A DNA stretch of 63,849 nt, filler included, from Lama guanicoe (GCA_013239625.1; 209 parts of 209 records of this genome joined end to end with filler, not necessarily neighbours in it); one strand, 5' to 3'; shown: positions 49,775-62,419, counted from the whole stretch's first letter. Numbers and translations: made by a program. Notes: a model not told the origin generated them from the letters alone.

Positions 49775-52119
49775 NNNNNNNNNNNNNNNNNNNNNNNNNN
49801 NNNNNNNNNNNNNNNNNNTTAATTAATTAANNNNNNNNNNNNNNNNNNNNNNNNNNNNNNNNNNNNNNNNNNNNCATATGCCAGATGGTCTATTTATTAT
49901 CCTTCATCTGAGTGCCCTCACCCACTCTTGCTGACAAGCTTTTATCACTGTCACTTCTAAGTCTTCGTTCATCCTCAGGAAGAGCAGTATATTGATACTT
50001 CTGCAGTTTACGATGTGTGACATGGTACTCATTGGTTATGAGAAATGGGCTGTTGCCTGGTAACCAGGGTGTCTGTCTGCNNNNNNNNNNNNNNNNNNNN
50101 NNNNNNNNNNNNNNNNNNNNNNNNTTAATTAATTAANNNNNNNNNNNNNNNNNNNNNNNNNNNNNNNNNNNNNNNNNNNNGAGTTGAGAGACTGCAATTA
50201 AAAATACTCTTGACTATTCACCCATATCTCTAAACTAGTAGTTCTTAATCTTTCTGGAGTTATTTACCCTCTTGAAAATTTGATCAGAGTCAGGGACTCT
50301 TGGTCCATAGAAATGCACATGTGATTCCAGATGGTTTCATAACTCTATCTAGAGTCTGTACATTGACTACCCCACCTATAATGGTCNNNNNNNNNNNNNN
50401 NNNNNNNNNNNNNNNNNNNNNNNNNNNNNNTTAATTAATTAANNNNNNNNNNNNNNNNNNNNNNNNNNNNNNNNNNNNNNNNNNNNGAATGTGATTTGAT
50501 ATTTGGAACAAGTTGCTTTCAATGTAGATGAAATAGTCCCAGAATCGAGCTCAGTCACTATAACTTTAGGATTCCAGGGTGACCTATAAGGTCACTACAG
50601 AACTGCCATATATTTTTCATTTTTTCTTATTAAAATTTTAGATTTATCTGCACAGCTCTGCCTCATTACAAAGCTTGAAGGCTGAGAAATGANNNNNNNN
50701 NNNNNNNNNNNNNNNNNNNNNNNNNNNNNNNNNNNNTTAATTAATTAANNNNNNNNNNNNNNNNNNNNNNNNNNNNNNNNNNNNNNNNNNNNCTCGGCGG
50801 TGCAGGCTAGGCATAAGATCGGTTTGTTCAGACTCCACACCATATGCTAGAAGGCTTTAATCAGACAGGAAATGGGCTCTTGTGGTTGACTCCTGACTAC
50901 GGCAGGCCACGTGGCTCATCCCCCATATATTGGGAACAAATGAATCACTCCTTCCAACATTGGCCAAGTTCCACCTGATGTATGGGCCAGACCCTTACNN
51001 NNNNNNNNNNNNNNNNNNNNNNNNNNNNNNNNNNNNNNNNNNTTAATTAATTAANNNNNNNNNNNNNNNNNNNNNNNNNNNNNNNNNNNNNNNNNNNNCT
51101 GTCCGTACTTACAGCTCAGGAGCACCTGTGACCCTGGTTACACACGGCCCTGCGGGAGCTCCGCCTATTGGCTCTCCCTCCCCAGCTCCCCACCTCCCGT
51201 CCCCGTGCGGACTCATTCAGCTGTGGATGAGGCTTAATGTGATATGAACTTGTGGCATGAACCAGGAACACTCTCCTATCTCCAAATCACACGTTCCAGC
51301 ACAANNNNNNNNNNNNNNNNNNNNNNNNNNNNNNNNNNNNNNNNNNNNTTAATTAATTAANNNNNNNNNNNNNNNNNNNNNNNNNNNNNNNNNNNNNNNN
51401 NNNNTTCATTGGCTATTAACAATAGTTTGTGCAAGTGGTCCTTTTGCCACCCCATTGGTGACATTTGTGGTTCCTGATTTCTGTTTCATGTCCTAATGTG
51501 TAGGCACATGTATCTAGAAGAGTTTTACGTGAGAAAGTGGACTCCCAAGGTGGGAGCCCTGCATTTGCTCCCGGTGCTACCTGAACGTGGAACAGGGGGC
51601 AGGATGGATCNNNNNNNNNNNNNNNNNNNNNNNNNNNNNNNNNNNNNNNNNNNNTTAATTAATTAANNNNNNNNNNNNNNNNNNNNNNNNNNNNNNNNNN
51701 NNNNNNNNNNCATCTAACATGGAGTCAGATTTGTTCTTTTCTTTTACAATTTCTTTTTCCACCTCATGAATACTTTTAGTAAGAAATATGAGCAATGTTT
51801 TTATTTTTGCTTCTTAATAACGGATAAGTGGTCCAACTACAGTTTTGTGAGGAGGGATGCTGTGCATGCCTTGGGGTGACAGCAAACTCTTGTTGGGGGT
51901 GGCCGACCCTGCAACANNNNNNNNNNNNNNNNNNNNNNNNNNNNNNNNNNNNNNNNNNNNTTAATTAATTAANNNNNNNNNNNNNNNNNNNNNNNNNNNN
52001 NNNNNNNNNNNNNNNNTTTCATTTGTTAATAGCTGTAAGCTTTGTTTCTACTCATTAGTTTTCTTTAAGGTATTAGAATGTTGATTTAAAACAGATGTCA
52101 GAAGATGTCAGAAGTTTAC

Positions 52120-52222
52120 AGCCTGCAGGCTGTTTGTAAAGTTCAATTGGAACATAGCCATATACATCCAATCATTTTTAAATTATCTATGATTGCTTTT
52201 GTGTTACAACTGAAGAGTTGAG
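52120..52222. mobile_element. MER58A-like hAT MITE fragment
   Basis: tgtaaagttcaattggaacatagccat...ttatctatgattgcttttgtgttacaactgaagagttgag; homologous to 60890. Confidence 0.7.
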
Positions 52223-53852
52223 NNNNNNNNNNNNNNNNNNNNNNNNNNNNNNNNNNNNNNNNNNNNTTAATTAATTAANNNNNNNNNNNNNNNNNNNNNN
52301 NNNNNNNNNNNNNNNNNNNNNNAGTACTGAGGGTGAAGAAAACTCAGCTCTGGGCAAACCTAATCAACCCCAATCAGCGTCTGGTGGTAGTGGTGTCACG
52401 ATGGCGACACATCGGACTCGTACCTTTAGAAATGAATAGTAGAGAAGAGAGCCAGAGACGTGGGCCCCCTTCTTACCATCCCCATTGGCTCGTTTTCATG
52501 TAGGGCCATCGTAGCAGCTCCCCACCAGNNNNNNNNNNNNNNNNNNNNNNNNNNNNNNNNNNNNNNNNNNNNTTAATTAATTAANNNNNNNNNNNNNNNN
52601 NNNNNNNNNNNNNNNNNNNNNNNNNNNNTCCTGGGCCACCAGGGCCCAACCTACAGGCTCTTTTTAGAGGATAAGGACGAGGAGACTCTACTAAGAGATG
52701 CTGCTTTGATGACAGAGAATTTTCTCTGGATTATTCCCACTCTACTGTCCAAACAATCAATATTCCTTACATGGATGAGCACATATTCTTTATCACAGTT
52801 ACAACAATAAGGACATTAATTACCCTGCAGCCAANNNNNNNNNNNNNNNNNNNNNNNNNNNNNNNNNNNNNNNNNNNNTTAATTAATTAANNNNNNNNNN
52901 NNNNNNNNNNNNNNNNNNNNNNNNNNNNNNNNNNGTGCAGAGCAATAACATGGAAGGGACCTGAGTCTCCGAGTGACTTCGTGGAGCAGAACCTGATCCG
53001 TCCGGACTACTGCAGGCGACAGTCTGTCATCTGCACGGCAGCTTAGCCTTTACCCCATATACCTGCCCCTAGGATATCGGTGAGGGTCGCGTGAGATGGT
53101 GCACGCAGACCTGCCCGCATGCCGTAAGTTCTCAGGGACTNNNNNNNNNNNNNNNNNNNNNNNNNNNNNNNNNNNNNNNNNNNNTTAATTAATTAANNNN
53201 NNNNNNNNNNNNNNNNNNNNNNNNNNNNNNNNNNNNNNNNCAATCTGGATATAGTAGAAGAGGTGATAGGTTGGAGGGGGCGGGGATGGGGACTTGCAAG
53301 GCCAGGCGAAAGAATGGGATAGTTTTCTTGTTCTGGGAGCAGAGGAGAACATACATGATTTTTTTTCCCTCTGTGGAAGCTGAAGACAAAACTATTGTAT
53401 TGTGTGTATTCAACAGTGCAAATATAATAAAATATTTCTTTAAAAANNNNNNNNNNNNNNNNNNNNNNNNNNNNNNNNNNNNNNNNNNNNTTAATTAATT
53501 AANNNNNNNNNNNNNNNNNNNNNNNNNNNNNNNNNNNNNNNNNNNNAATATTACAGAAGTAAATATTTGCCTCCAGTGACTTAATATATGGCCCAGCCTA
53601 GAGACCAGGATGTCTTTTTTTCATTCTTACTTTTTTTTTTATTTTTTCAGACCTTTGAAGAAAAAGAATTTCAACACTAAAAAAAGAATTTTATTCATTA
53701 GATACTGAAAAATACTCTCATATTCTCAGAATATTAGGGTTAATATTTTATANNNNNNNNNNNNNNNNNNNNNNNNNNNNNNNNNNNNNNNNNNNNTTAA
53801 TTAATTAANNNNNNNNNNNNNNNNNNNNNNNNNNNNNNNNNNNNNNNNNNNN

Positions 53853-54012
53853 AACTTCTTATAAGGACACCAGTCCTATGGGATTAGGGTAGTACTCTTA
53901 TGACCTCACTCAGATAAACTTAATTATCCCTAAAGGCGCCATCTCCAAACATAGTCACAGTAGGGTTAAGAGCATCAACATATAAATTTTGGAGGAATAC
54001 AGTTTAGTCCAT
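53853..54012 (-). mobile_element. MaLR LTR 5' part (MLT1-type)
   Basis: cttcttataaggacaccagtcctatgggattaggg...tatgacctca...atctccaaacatagtcaca...tcaacatataaattttggagg. Confidence 0.8.
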
Positions 54013-56300
54013 TCCATCTTCCAAATGAAGTTATAACATAGACAATGAACTGTATGAGNNNNNNNNNNNNNNNNNNNNNNNNNNNNNNNNNNNNNNNNNN
54101 NNTTAATTAATTAANNNNNNNNNNNNNNNNNNNNNNNNNNNNNNNNNNNNNNNNNNNNTTTCAACTGGATGTTTTATAGGCACCTCTTCATGTAAATCTT
54201 TACTCTCTCCTGGGGCTTTTAGCGTGCCCTACAAACTTTTTGCAATCATGTTGATGTATTTCTCTCTTGTCACCTTACTGTCCTACATTGTTCTCTCCCA
54301 CCCCTTCTAGGCTGGTTTCCTAGCTTCTGAGCAACTCCTTCCTTCGCCTTGGCCTGGCTACTCANNNNNNNNNNNNNNNNNNNNNNNNNNNNNNNNNNNN
54401 NNNNNNNNTTAATTAATTAANNNNNNNNNNNNNNNNNNNNNNNNNNNNNNNNNNNNNNNNNNNNAGAGAAGTATTGATGTAGGTTAGCTGTTGAATGGAG
54501 GGAGAATAAAAGTACAGCTGACTCAACTCACTCACTGTATTTGATCAGGATGCCCAAGGAGTAAGGAAAGATGCCTGGGGAGGGCTGATGGCAGTGTGCC
54601 AGGAGTGGTGGCACCTGGACACTGTCACTGCATCGGGCATAATACCTACCCTGGGAACTTTGGGCTAAAANNNNNNNNNNNNNNNNNNNNNNNNNNNNNN
54701 NNNNNNNNNNNNNNTTAATTAATTAANNNNNNNNNNNNNNNNNNNNNNNNNNNNNNNNNNNNNNNNNNNNGTTTAAAATTTCAGTGTCTGGGGTCAGGGG
54801 GCTGGGGGCCGAGGTCAAGTGAACTCCCTCCACCGCCCTAGTTGTCGTCACACAGACTTGGATCTCAGCTCCCCACGCAGACTCATCTGTCCGTATTCTT
54901 TAATCTCTTTCCTGTCTTCCAGAGTTCTGTGAAATTTTCTTGTCTGCTGATGCTCTTTCACCTGCATGCCTGCCTTNNNNNNNNNNNNNNNNNNNNNNNN
55001 NNNNNNNNNNNNNNNNNNNNTTAATTAATTAANNNNNNNNNNNNNNNNNNNNNNNNNNNNNNNNNNNNNNNNNNNNCAGACGTGAAAGTAACAGCGCCCA
55101 GCCCTCGATGCTTGGTTGTGCTGCATGTTCCTGCCTTCTCTCGCACTTAATCTCAACGGTCCAGGGTGCTGTTATCCTGGCTTAGGTCCTCTGCAAGGAG
55201 AAAAGATGCAAAAATGTAAAGGACTGCACTGACGCTGGTATTAACAGCTCAGCCATACGTTTTGACCTTGACAGTTGCATTANNNNNNNNNNNNNNNNNN
55301 NNNNNNNNNNNNNNNNNNNNNNNNNNTTAATTAATTAANNNNNNNNNNNNNNNNNNNNNNNNNNNNNNNNNNNNNNNNNNNNTACTTTCCTCCCATACAA
55401 CTCGGCCCCTAACGACAAGCCAAACATTTTACCAGGTGCTCAGTTGGAGAAAGATTAGGTCCAACAGTAGAGGAAAACATTCATCGAGCTGGGCATACTG
55501 AGAGAAGATTTTTCAGTCCACAGCAGGGCAAACTCTCAATGAGTTTTTGGGTACTTGGACTGCATGGGGATTTCATCTTACACCCAGTNNNNNNNNNNNN
55601 NNNNNNNNNNNNNNNNNNNNNNNNNNNNNNNNTTAATTAATTAANNNNNNNNNNNNNNNNNNNNNNNNNNNNNNNNNNNNNNNNNNNNTTTAGCTGGACC
55701 GACTAAGCCTGTACTTTGACTTCTGCACTTTCTATATGAACTCATTATGGCTTTGACCTTGGATTTGACCATAAATCTCTGGTCAAATTCTGCCTTTGCC
55801 TCTGTTCCAGTCTTGTGTCTTCTCTTATGGTAACCTACCGTCCAGTTCTAGTCAACTCCATCACTTGGGTTTTCTTCAAGGGCTGGGTTTGGGCNNNNNN
55901 NNNNNNNNNNNNNNNNNNNNNNNNNNNNNNNNNNNNNNTTAATTAATTAANNNNNNNNNNNNNNNNNNNNNNNNNNNNNNNNNNNNNNNNNNNNCCAGGC
56001 AAAGGGGAGGCCCAGTAGGCTCATGCCTTGGAGACTGCGAATCCATCTTGGGGTTGGGGTGTTGAGGTTTTTTAGAAAAACCGGATGAACAGAAAAGGTG
56101 ACGATCAGGACGTTTTACAGGGTGCTTCTTTCCTCTTAACTCCAACGAATGTTCCTGGTGTCATGGAGGAACCCCAAAGGGTCTGTCCATTCTTCTGGGG
56201 NNNNNNNNNNNNNNNNNNNNNNNNNNNNNNNNNNNNNNNNNNNNTTAATTAATTAANNNNNNNNNNNNNNNNNNNNNNNNNNNNNNNNNNNNNNNNNNNN

Positions 56301-56505
56301 CAAACCCCCCTAGCATTCCCTGGCACAGAGACATTAGGAAAAAAAACAGATGAGCCCAGCTTATTCATTCAGTTAGAACCCACGCGCTGTCGACCGTTCG
56401 TGGAACCTCCCCACTCTCAGAATTCCGGAACCATTGTCAGTGTGTGGGGGAGCCCTAGAGACAACGCCACGCAGCTCTCTTCATTCACAGGTGTTCCCTG
56501 TTAGG
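56301..56505 (+). repeat. Satellite DNA monomer fragment (~267-bp unit)
   Basis: 56301..56411 aligns ungapped to 21208..21318 (19 mismatches in 111 bp by hand count); 56474..56505 aligns to 21114..21145 (1 mismatch in 32 bp). Confidence 0.88.
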
Positions 56506-56649
56506 NNNNNNNNNNNNNNNNNNNNNNNNNNNNNNNNNNNNNNNNNNNNTTAATTAATTAANNNNNNNNNNNNNNNNNNNNNNNNNNNNNNNNNNNNNNN
56601 NNNNNATGTTTTTAATTGTGTTTATTTGCTGCATGTCTATCTCTATGGC

Positions 56650-56811
56650 TAGACTGTGAACTCTGGAGCCAGACAGCTTGGGTTCATAAACCAGTCCTAT
56701 CAGCTATGTGATCCTGGACAAATAACCTCTCAGACTTTCAGTTTCCTTGCCCGTAAAATGCAACATACTCCTGAGAGTTATTGTGAACATGAAATGAGTT
56801 AATGTATATCA
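56650..56811 (+). mobile_element. MIR SINE fragment
   Basis: actctggagccagacagcttgggttca...agctatgtgatcctggacaa...tcagtttcct...gtaaaatg...gttattgtga..atgaaatgagttaat. Confidence 0.85.
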
Positions 56812-57523
56812 NNNNNNNNNNNNNNNNNNNNNNNNNNNNNNNNNNNNNNNNNNNNTTAATTAATTAANNNNNNNNNNNNNNNNNNNNNNNNNNNNNNNNN
56901 NNNNNNNNNNNCACTGATCCCCAGTGAATGTCCAATAATCCACTTACGCTCAGCTCCAAATGTCCCCGACATTTTCCTCTTCTGAGACATTATTCACACT
57001 CCATCCATTCCCAGGAATCCCTTCCACCTCTCCCTCCTGCCAGACATCATGTCAATCCTACTTATCTTTAAAGACCACCAGTTCATATTTCACCTCCTTC
57101 AAATATGTCTTTTCTAANNNNNNNNNNNNNNNNNNNNNNNNNNNNNNNNNNNNNNNNNNNNTTAATTAATTAANNNNNNNNNNNNNNNNNNNNNNNNNNN
57201 NNNNNNNNNNNNNNNNNTATAACAGTGCACTTTTAAACTTCAGTGATTATATGATTTGATGTTCTCAAGAGGACATCCTTGTGTTGCTCCTGATCTTAGG
57301 GGGAAGGTACTTTGAATGTCACCAATGAGCATGATATTTGCTTTAGGTTTTTCAGAGGTACCTTCTATTGTGCAGATTTCATTGTTCAGAGGTGCCTTTT
57401 ATCGTGCAAATTTCCGTCTTTTANNNNNNNNNNNNNNNNNNNNNNNNNNNNNNNNNNNNNNNNNNNNTTAATTAATTAANNNNNNNNNNNNNNNNNNNNN
57501 NNNNNNNNNNNNNNNNNNNNNNN

Positions 57524-57729
57524 TTACTGGGGGCATCCTCCTGCCCACCCCCAGCAAAGATCACATCCCCCCAGGAGGTGTCAATATTTTTCTGGCACCA
57601 CCCCATGCCGTTGCTGGTGACCACAAAGATGGGGGCTTCATGCCAGCCCGGAACCAGTCCATAGCCTGCTGGAGGTAAGGGTGATCTCCCACCACACCCT
57701 TCCAGCGGTGGGGCATCACCTCCAGATAG
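57524..57729 (-). pseudogene. FUT1: Alpha-1,2-fucosyltransferase 1-like (H antigen synthase) coding fragment with a 1-bp deletion
   Basis: Minus strand reads [28 protein letters not shown][gg][39 protein letters not shown], against recalled human FUT1 [67 protein letters not shown]. The frameshift is at about 57644/57645. Confidence 0.9.
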
Positions 57730-58747
57730 NNNNNNNNNNNNNNNNNNNNNNNNNNNNNNNNNNNNNNNNNNNNTTAATTAATTAANNNNNNNNNNNNNNN
57801 NNNNNNNNNNNNNNNNNNNNNNNNNNNNNGAATTTTGAAACCTTAAGTCTCTCCTGTCTTGATAGGTCTTGCCTTCAAATTTTTTTTTAAATCCAGCACT
57901 TCTAGTTTTAATAGATAAAGATTCTCTATAATAAACCACTCGATCATTATCTGAAGAAATTTATCTCTTCACCATACACTTTAATGCTTAATAATAATAG
58001 TATTGCTTTATACAATCTTTGCTCTTTTTGTTAAANNNNNNNNNNNNNNNNNNNNNNNNNNNNNNNNNNNNNNNNNNNNTTAATTAATTAANNNNNNNNN
58101 NNNNNNNNNNNNNNNNNNNNNNNNNNNNNNNNNNNGAGGAAGATCTCTAATAGACTTTCCTTTTTGTCACGAGTTTTTAAAATCGTATTTGATGATTGAA
58201 GCAAAAATTGTAACACCTGTGCATTTGATACGGTGCTCAGTGTATGCAGGAGAAATATTAAGGATAATTATATTACATAGAAAGAAGCGTAAAAGAACTT
58301 AGGTGAAGTTAAGGTCTTTATAACTCACTTGAACTGGTAAANNNNNNNNNNNNNNNNNNNNNNNNNNNNNNNNNNNNNNNNNNNNTTAATTAATTAANNN
58401 NNNNNNNNNNNNNNNNNNNNNNNNNNNNNNNNNNNNNNNNNAAAAAAAAAGAAGAAAGGAGAGTTTATATTTATTCCAAAGACAGTAGGGCAGACAGAAG
58501 CCCAAAATCAATGTCTTTTTCAAAGACTAGGCACGTAACAGCACTGGGGGCAGAGAAAAACAGAAAAAAGTGAACTAGAAATGAACGCGGCAGCTGGACT
58601 GCGTTGATGGACTTGACAGGCAGGAAGCTCATGTGTTCCCTCATTTTNNNNNNNNNNNNNNNNNNNNNNNNNNNNNNNNNNNNNNNNNNNNTTAATTAAT
58701 TAANNNNNNNNNNNNNNNNNNNNNNNNNNNNNNNNNNNNNNNNNNNN

Positions 58748-58953
58748 GTGGGTTGGGAATTTGGGCAGAGCTCAGCTGGGAGATTCATCTGCTCCACGTT
58801 GTGTCTACTGAGGTCACTGGATGATGTTCAGCTGGTGGGCAGGTTTAGGGTAGCTCCACCCAGGTGTGGGAGAACTGGATGGAAGCCTGGATTGGGGGAG
58901 ACTGTGGATAACATTTGCCTGCAGTTTCCCTAGCATGGCGGTCTTAGGGTAGC
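58748..58953 (-). mobile_element. Old MaLR LTR fragment (MLT1-type)
   Basis: gtgggttgggaatttgggcagagctcagctggg...tcatctgctccacg...tagcatggcggtcttagggtag. Confidence 0.65.
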
Positions 58954-60889
58954 NNNNNNNNNNNNNNNNNNNNNNNNNNNNNNNNNNNNNNNNNNNNTTA
59001 ATTAATTAANNNNNNNNNNNNNNNNNNNNNNNNNNNNNNNNNNNNNNNNNNNNTTCACCTAAGTGAAATGAAAATATTCTAATAAGTGAAAACATAATGT
59101 TATCAATTTATACACATAAGAGCATGAATTTTGAGCCTTTTGAGTTGAACTATTCAACTTAGGCTAATTCACCCATGCTCTCACTGTGACCCCTTCTCCC
59201 ACCACTAGGGTGATGACCTATCAGCGGTGTGGCTAGGGAGAAATAGGCTCTACAGAGTTNNNNNNNNNNNNNNNNNNNNNNNNNNNNNNNNNNNNNNNNN
59301 NNNTTAATTAATTAANNNNNNNNNNNNNNNNNNNNNNNNNNNNNNNNNNNNNNNNNNNNAGTGAGAAACTGTCCTGCACACTGTAAGGTGAGTCCAAGGA
59401 TGCTTCATTGGTGCCCACGAGGTGGAAGGTTTCAACACCCCTGTCACCCAGTGGGACAATGAAACATGTCACCATTCGTGTCATGTGCCCCTCCTGGCAG
59501 AAAAAGCCACCCTGTGTGAGAACCAATACCCTTCAAACAGCTTTAGAAAGCCTTCCTGGACTGGTNNNNNNNNNNNNNNNNNNNNNNNNNNNNNNNNNNN
59601 NNNNNNNNNTTAATTAATTAANNNNNNNNNNNNNNNNNNNNNNNNNNNNNNNNNNNNNNNNNNNNCTACTGCCTTTGTTCAAGACTGTGACTTTTAATAG
59701 ATGGACTGTGTATTATGTCTCTTCTTGGACTTTAAGCTTACTAATTTTAGTCCCATCTCATTTTTCTTGTCTCTATTCTCCTTAGTTTTCCCAAAGTTGA
59801 ACTAATTTCTCTCTTCATCCAAGGCTTCACTGCCAGTAATGGGTCCAAAATGACAGTAAAAAAAAAAAAAANNNNNNNNNNNNNNNNNNNNNNNNNNNNN
59901 NNNNNNNNNNNNNNNTTAATTAATTAANNNNNNNNNNNNNNNNNNNNNNNNNNNNNNNNNNNNNNNNNNNNGCTGCACCAATTTACCAATAATGGTATTT
60001 TTTAATTATGAAGGCGGCATGTGTTCACGTAAAAAGTTTGGGGAAAATCTGGCCGTTGAGGAGGCCTCAGGGAGCTGTGGTGACACAGAAAGCGGTCCTG
60101 ACCAGTTCCCAGTGGCTTCCTCTGATGCCCCAGTTCCTGTTTCTATGTGGCCAGTATGCCGGGTTTTACAGAGGTGGNNNNNNNNNNNNNNNNNNNNNNN
60201 NNNNNNNNNNNNNNNNNNNNNTTAATTAATTAANNNNNNNNNNNNNNNNNNNNNNNNNNNNNNNNNNNNNNNNNNNNCAACAGAAGACCAAAGGCAGTGA
60301 CTGAAGGAAAGCATGAAATAAGGAATAAATACTTGGTTTTTATTTTTATTTTTAAAGAAAAACCCACTGGGTTAAGAGAGGAAAACAGCAGTGGGATTCT
60401 CTGAGCTCACATTCTGGCAGATGCGGGTTCTTTGGAGCCACTGGGTAGAGCCCAGCTTGGAACTGAAGATACAGGGCATAGAGNNNNNNNNNNNNNNNNN
60501 NNNNNNNNNNNNNNNNNNNNNNNNNNNTTAATTAATTAANNNNNNNNNNNNNNNNNNNNNNNNNNNNNNNNNNNNNNNNNNNNTCTGTGGCTTTTTAAAT
60601 GCTCATGTAACATAATGGAATAGGATTCAGAAGAAATTGCAAACACTATCTCGGTCTTTATAACATTGAGAATGGACCCAGAGATGGCAATTCATTCAAC
60701 AGTTCTCCAGATTTACTAAGATGAGCTCCAGAATCCCAGCATCCTAACTCCCGTGGGATTTTCTTCCTACTGGGTCGCCAAAGGGACCANNNNNNNNNNN
60801 NNNNNNNNNNNNNNNNNNNNNNNNNNNNNNNNNTTAATTAATTAANNNNNNNNNNNNNNNNNNNNNNNNNNNNNNNNNNNNNNNNNNNN

Positions 60890-61012
60890 TGTCTGTTTTT
60901 TATTAATCAATTTTTATGGGAACACATCACAACCACTCCTTTACACAATTTCTGTGGCCGCTTCAGCGCCACTACAGCAGTATTTAGTATTTGTAACAGA
61001 AAGTGTACGGCC
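60890..61012. mobile_element. MER58A-like hAT MITE fragment
   Basis: ctgtttttattaatcaatttttatgggaacaca...tctgtggccgcttc..cactacagcag..tttagtatttgtaacaga. Confidence 0.7.
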
Positions 61013-61195
61013 TTTGTGGGGTCCACAGACATCTGGCAGGTTCCTGCTCCAGGGCCCCTCAGGCACCGGGCTGCTGCCCTCTAAAGATAGCAAAGNNNNN
61101 NNNNNNNNNNNNNNNNNNNNNNNNNNNNNNNNNNNNNNNTTAATTAATTAANNNNNNNNNNNNNNNNNNNNNNNNNNNNNNNNNNNNNNNNNNNN

Positions 61196-61401
61196 AAGCG
61201 GCCTCCCTCCCGCCCCCAGCTGCCCGGTTTGGCTTCGGCCCTGTCCCGACCCCCAGCCTAACCCATTCCATCCCTGCCCCGCCGAGCGGTCCGCCGGGCA
61301 CGCGGCGGCCTCCGGAGCAGCCCAAGCTCATGAGGGCCGCCCGCCCGGCCGCCGGCTCAGACGAGACGGAGCTCCCGGCCCCCGGGGACGAGCAGAGGAT
61401 C
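61196..61401. promoter_or_regulatory. CpG-island-like fragment
   Basis: High GC with dense CpG and GC boxes (cccgccc). Gene not identified; it could also be a GC-rich exon. Confidence 0.55.
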
Positions 61402-62419
61402 NNNNNNNNNNNNNNNNNNNNNNNNNNNNNNNNNNNNNNNNNNNNTTAATTAATTAANNNNNNNNNNNNNNNNNNNNNNNNNNNNNNNNNNNNNNNNNNN
61501 NATATTATTAATCACTAGTGTGTGAATATGAAAGGATTTTATAGAGCCGTTCCAGTCAGCACACTCCGCCTGGAAGCAGAGGCTGAGGTCGAGGTCGAGA
61601 TCTGGGCAGACAGAAAATGGAGACAACTAAACACGGACGATGAAAACTTCTGGGGCATTAAAGACTGAAGCCCAGGGTAAAGGAGAGTTTCAGCACTTGT
61701 CTCCCGTNNNNNNNNNNNNNNNNNNNNNNNNNNNNNNNNNNNNNNNNNNNNTTAATTAATTAANNNNNNNNNNNNNNNNNNNNNNNNNNNNNNNNNNNNN
61801 NNNNNNNTGGAGGGCTCTGGGGCTGAGAAGGCCGTTCGGAGATGTTTTGAATTGACACAAGGGGCCTTGCCTTCTTATGTCTGACCAGTCGGCACCTGTG
61901 GGCTGCCTTGGGGACACCCTTGAGCAAAGCCGTGTCCTTCAGCTGAGGGCAGTGCCCGGTAGGTGGTGAAGACGGAAGTGGGCTGTCTGTGAGCCGTCAT
62001 CTCAAGCCATAGTNNNNNNNNNNNNNNNNNNNNNNNNNNNNNNNNNNNNNNNNNNNNTTAATTAATTAANNNNNNNNNNNNNNNNNNNNNNNNNNNNNNN
62101 NNNNNNNNNNNNNGGTGGTTGTCGGCGGTGCGGCGGTGTGACTGAGGAATGAGGCCAGAGGCTACTGTGCCCGTCGGCTCCGTGTCCCAGCCCGCTCGGT
62201 ACCCCCGCTGCCCGGTATCCAGGCTGGCTCACTGTCCCGGCCTGGCGCTTCAGGAGCCGGCTGGCCTAGAGGTGCATTGTTTCGAGGCAGGAGGACCTGG
62301 CCTCGGAGACGTGCTTGACNNNNNNNNNNNNNNNNNNNNNNNNNNNNNNNNNNNNNNNNNNNNTTAATTAATTAANNNNNNNNNNNNNNNNNNNNNNNNN
62401 NNNNNNNNNNNNNNNNNNN

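Noticed and set aside
27539..57729. H2B, ANO6-like and FUT1-like fragments as a linked locus or novel system
   Set aside because: They lie on independent contigs co-located only because they have equal length; no linkage can be inferred.
58..62367. ORFs in the supplied six-frame track
   Set aside because: Nearly all reach 60 aa only by reading through N runs to the linker stop. Only 949..1176 (L1 ORF2) and 48049..48300 (L1 ORF1) correspond to recognisable proteins.
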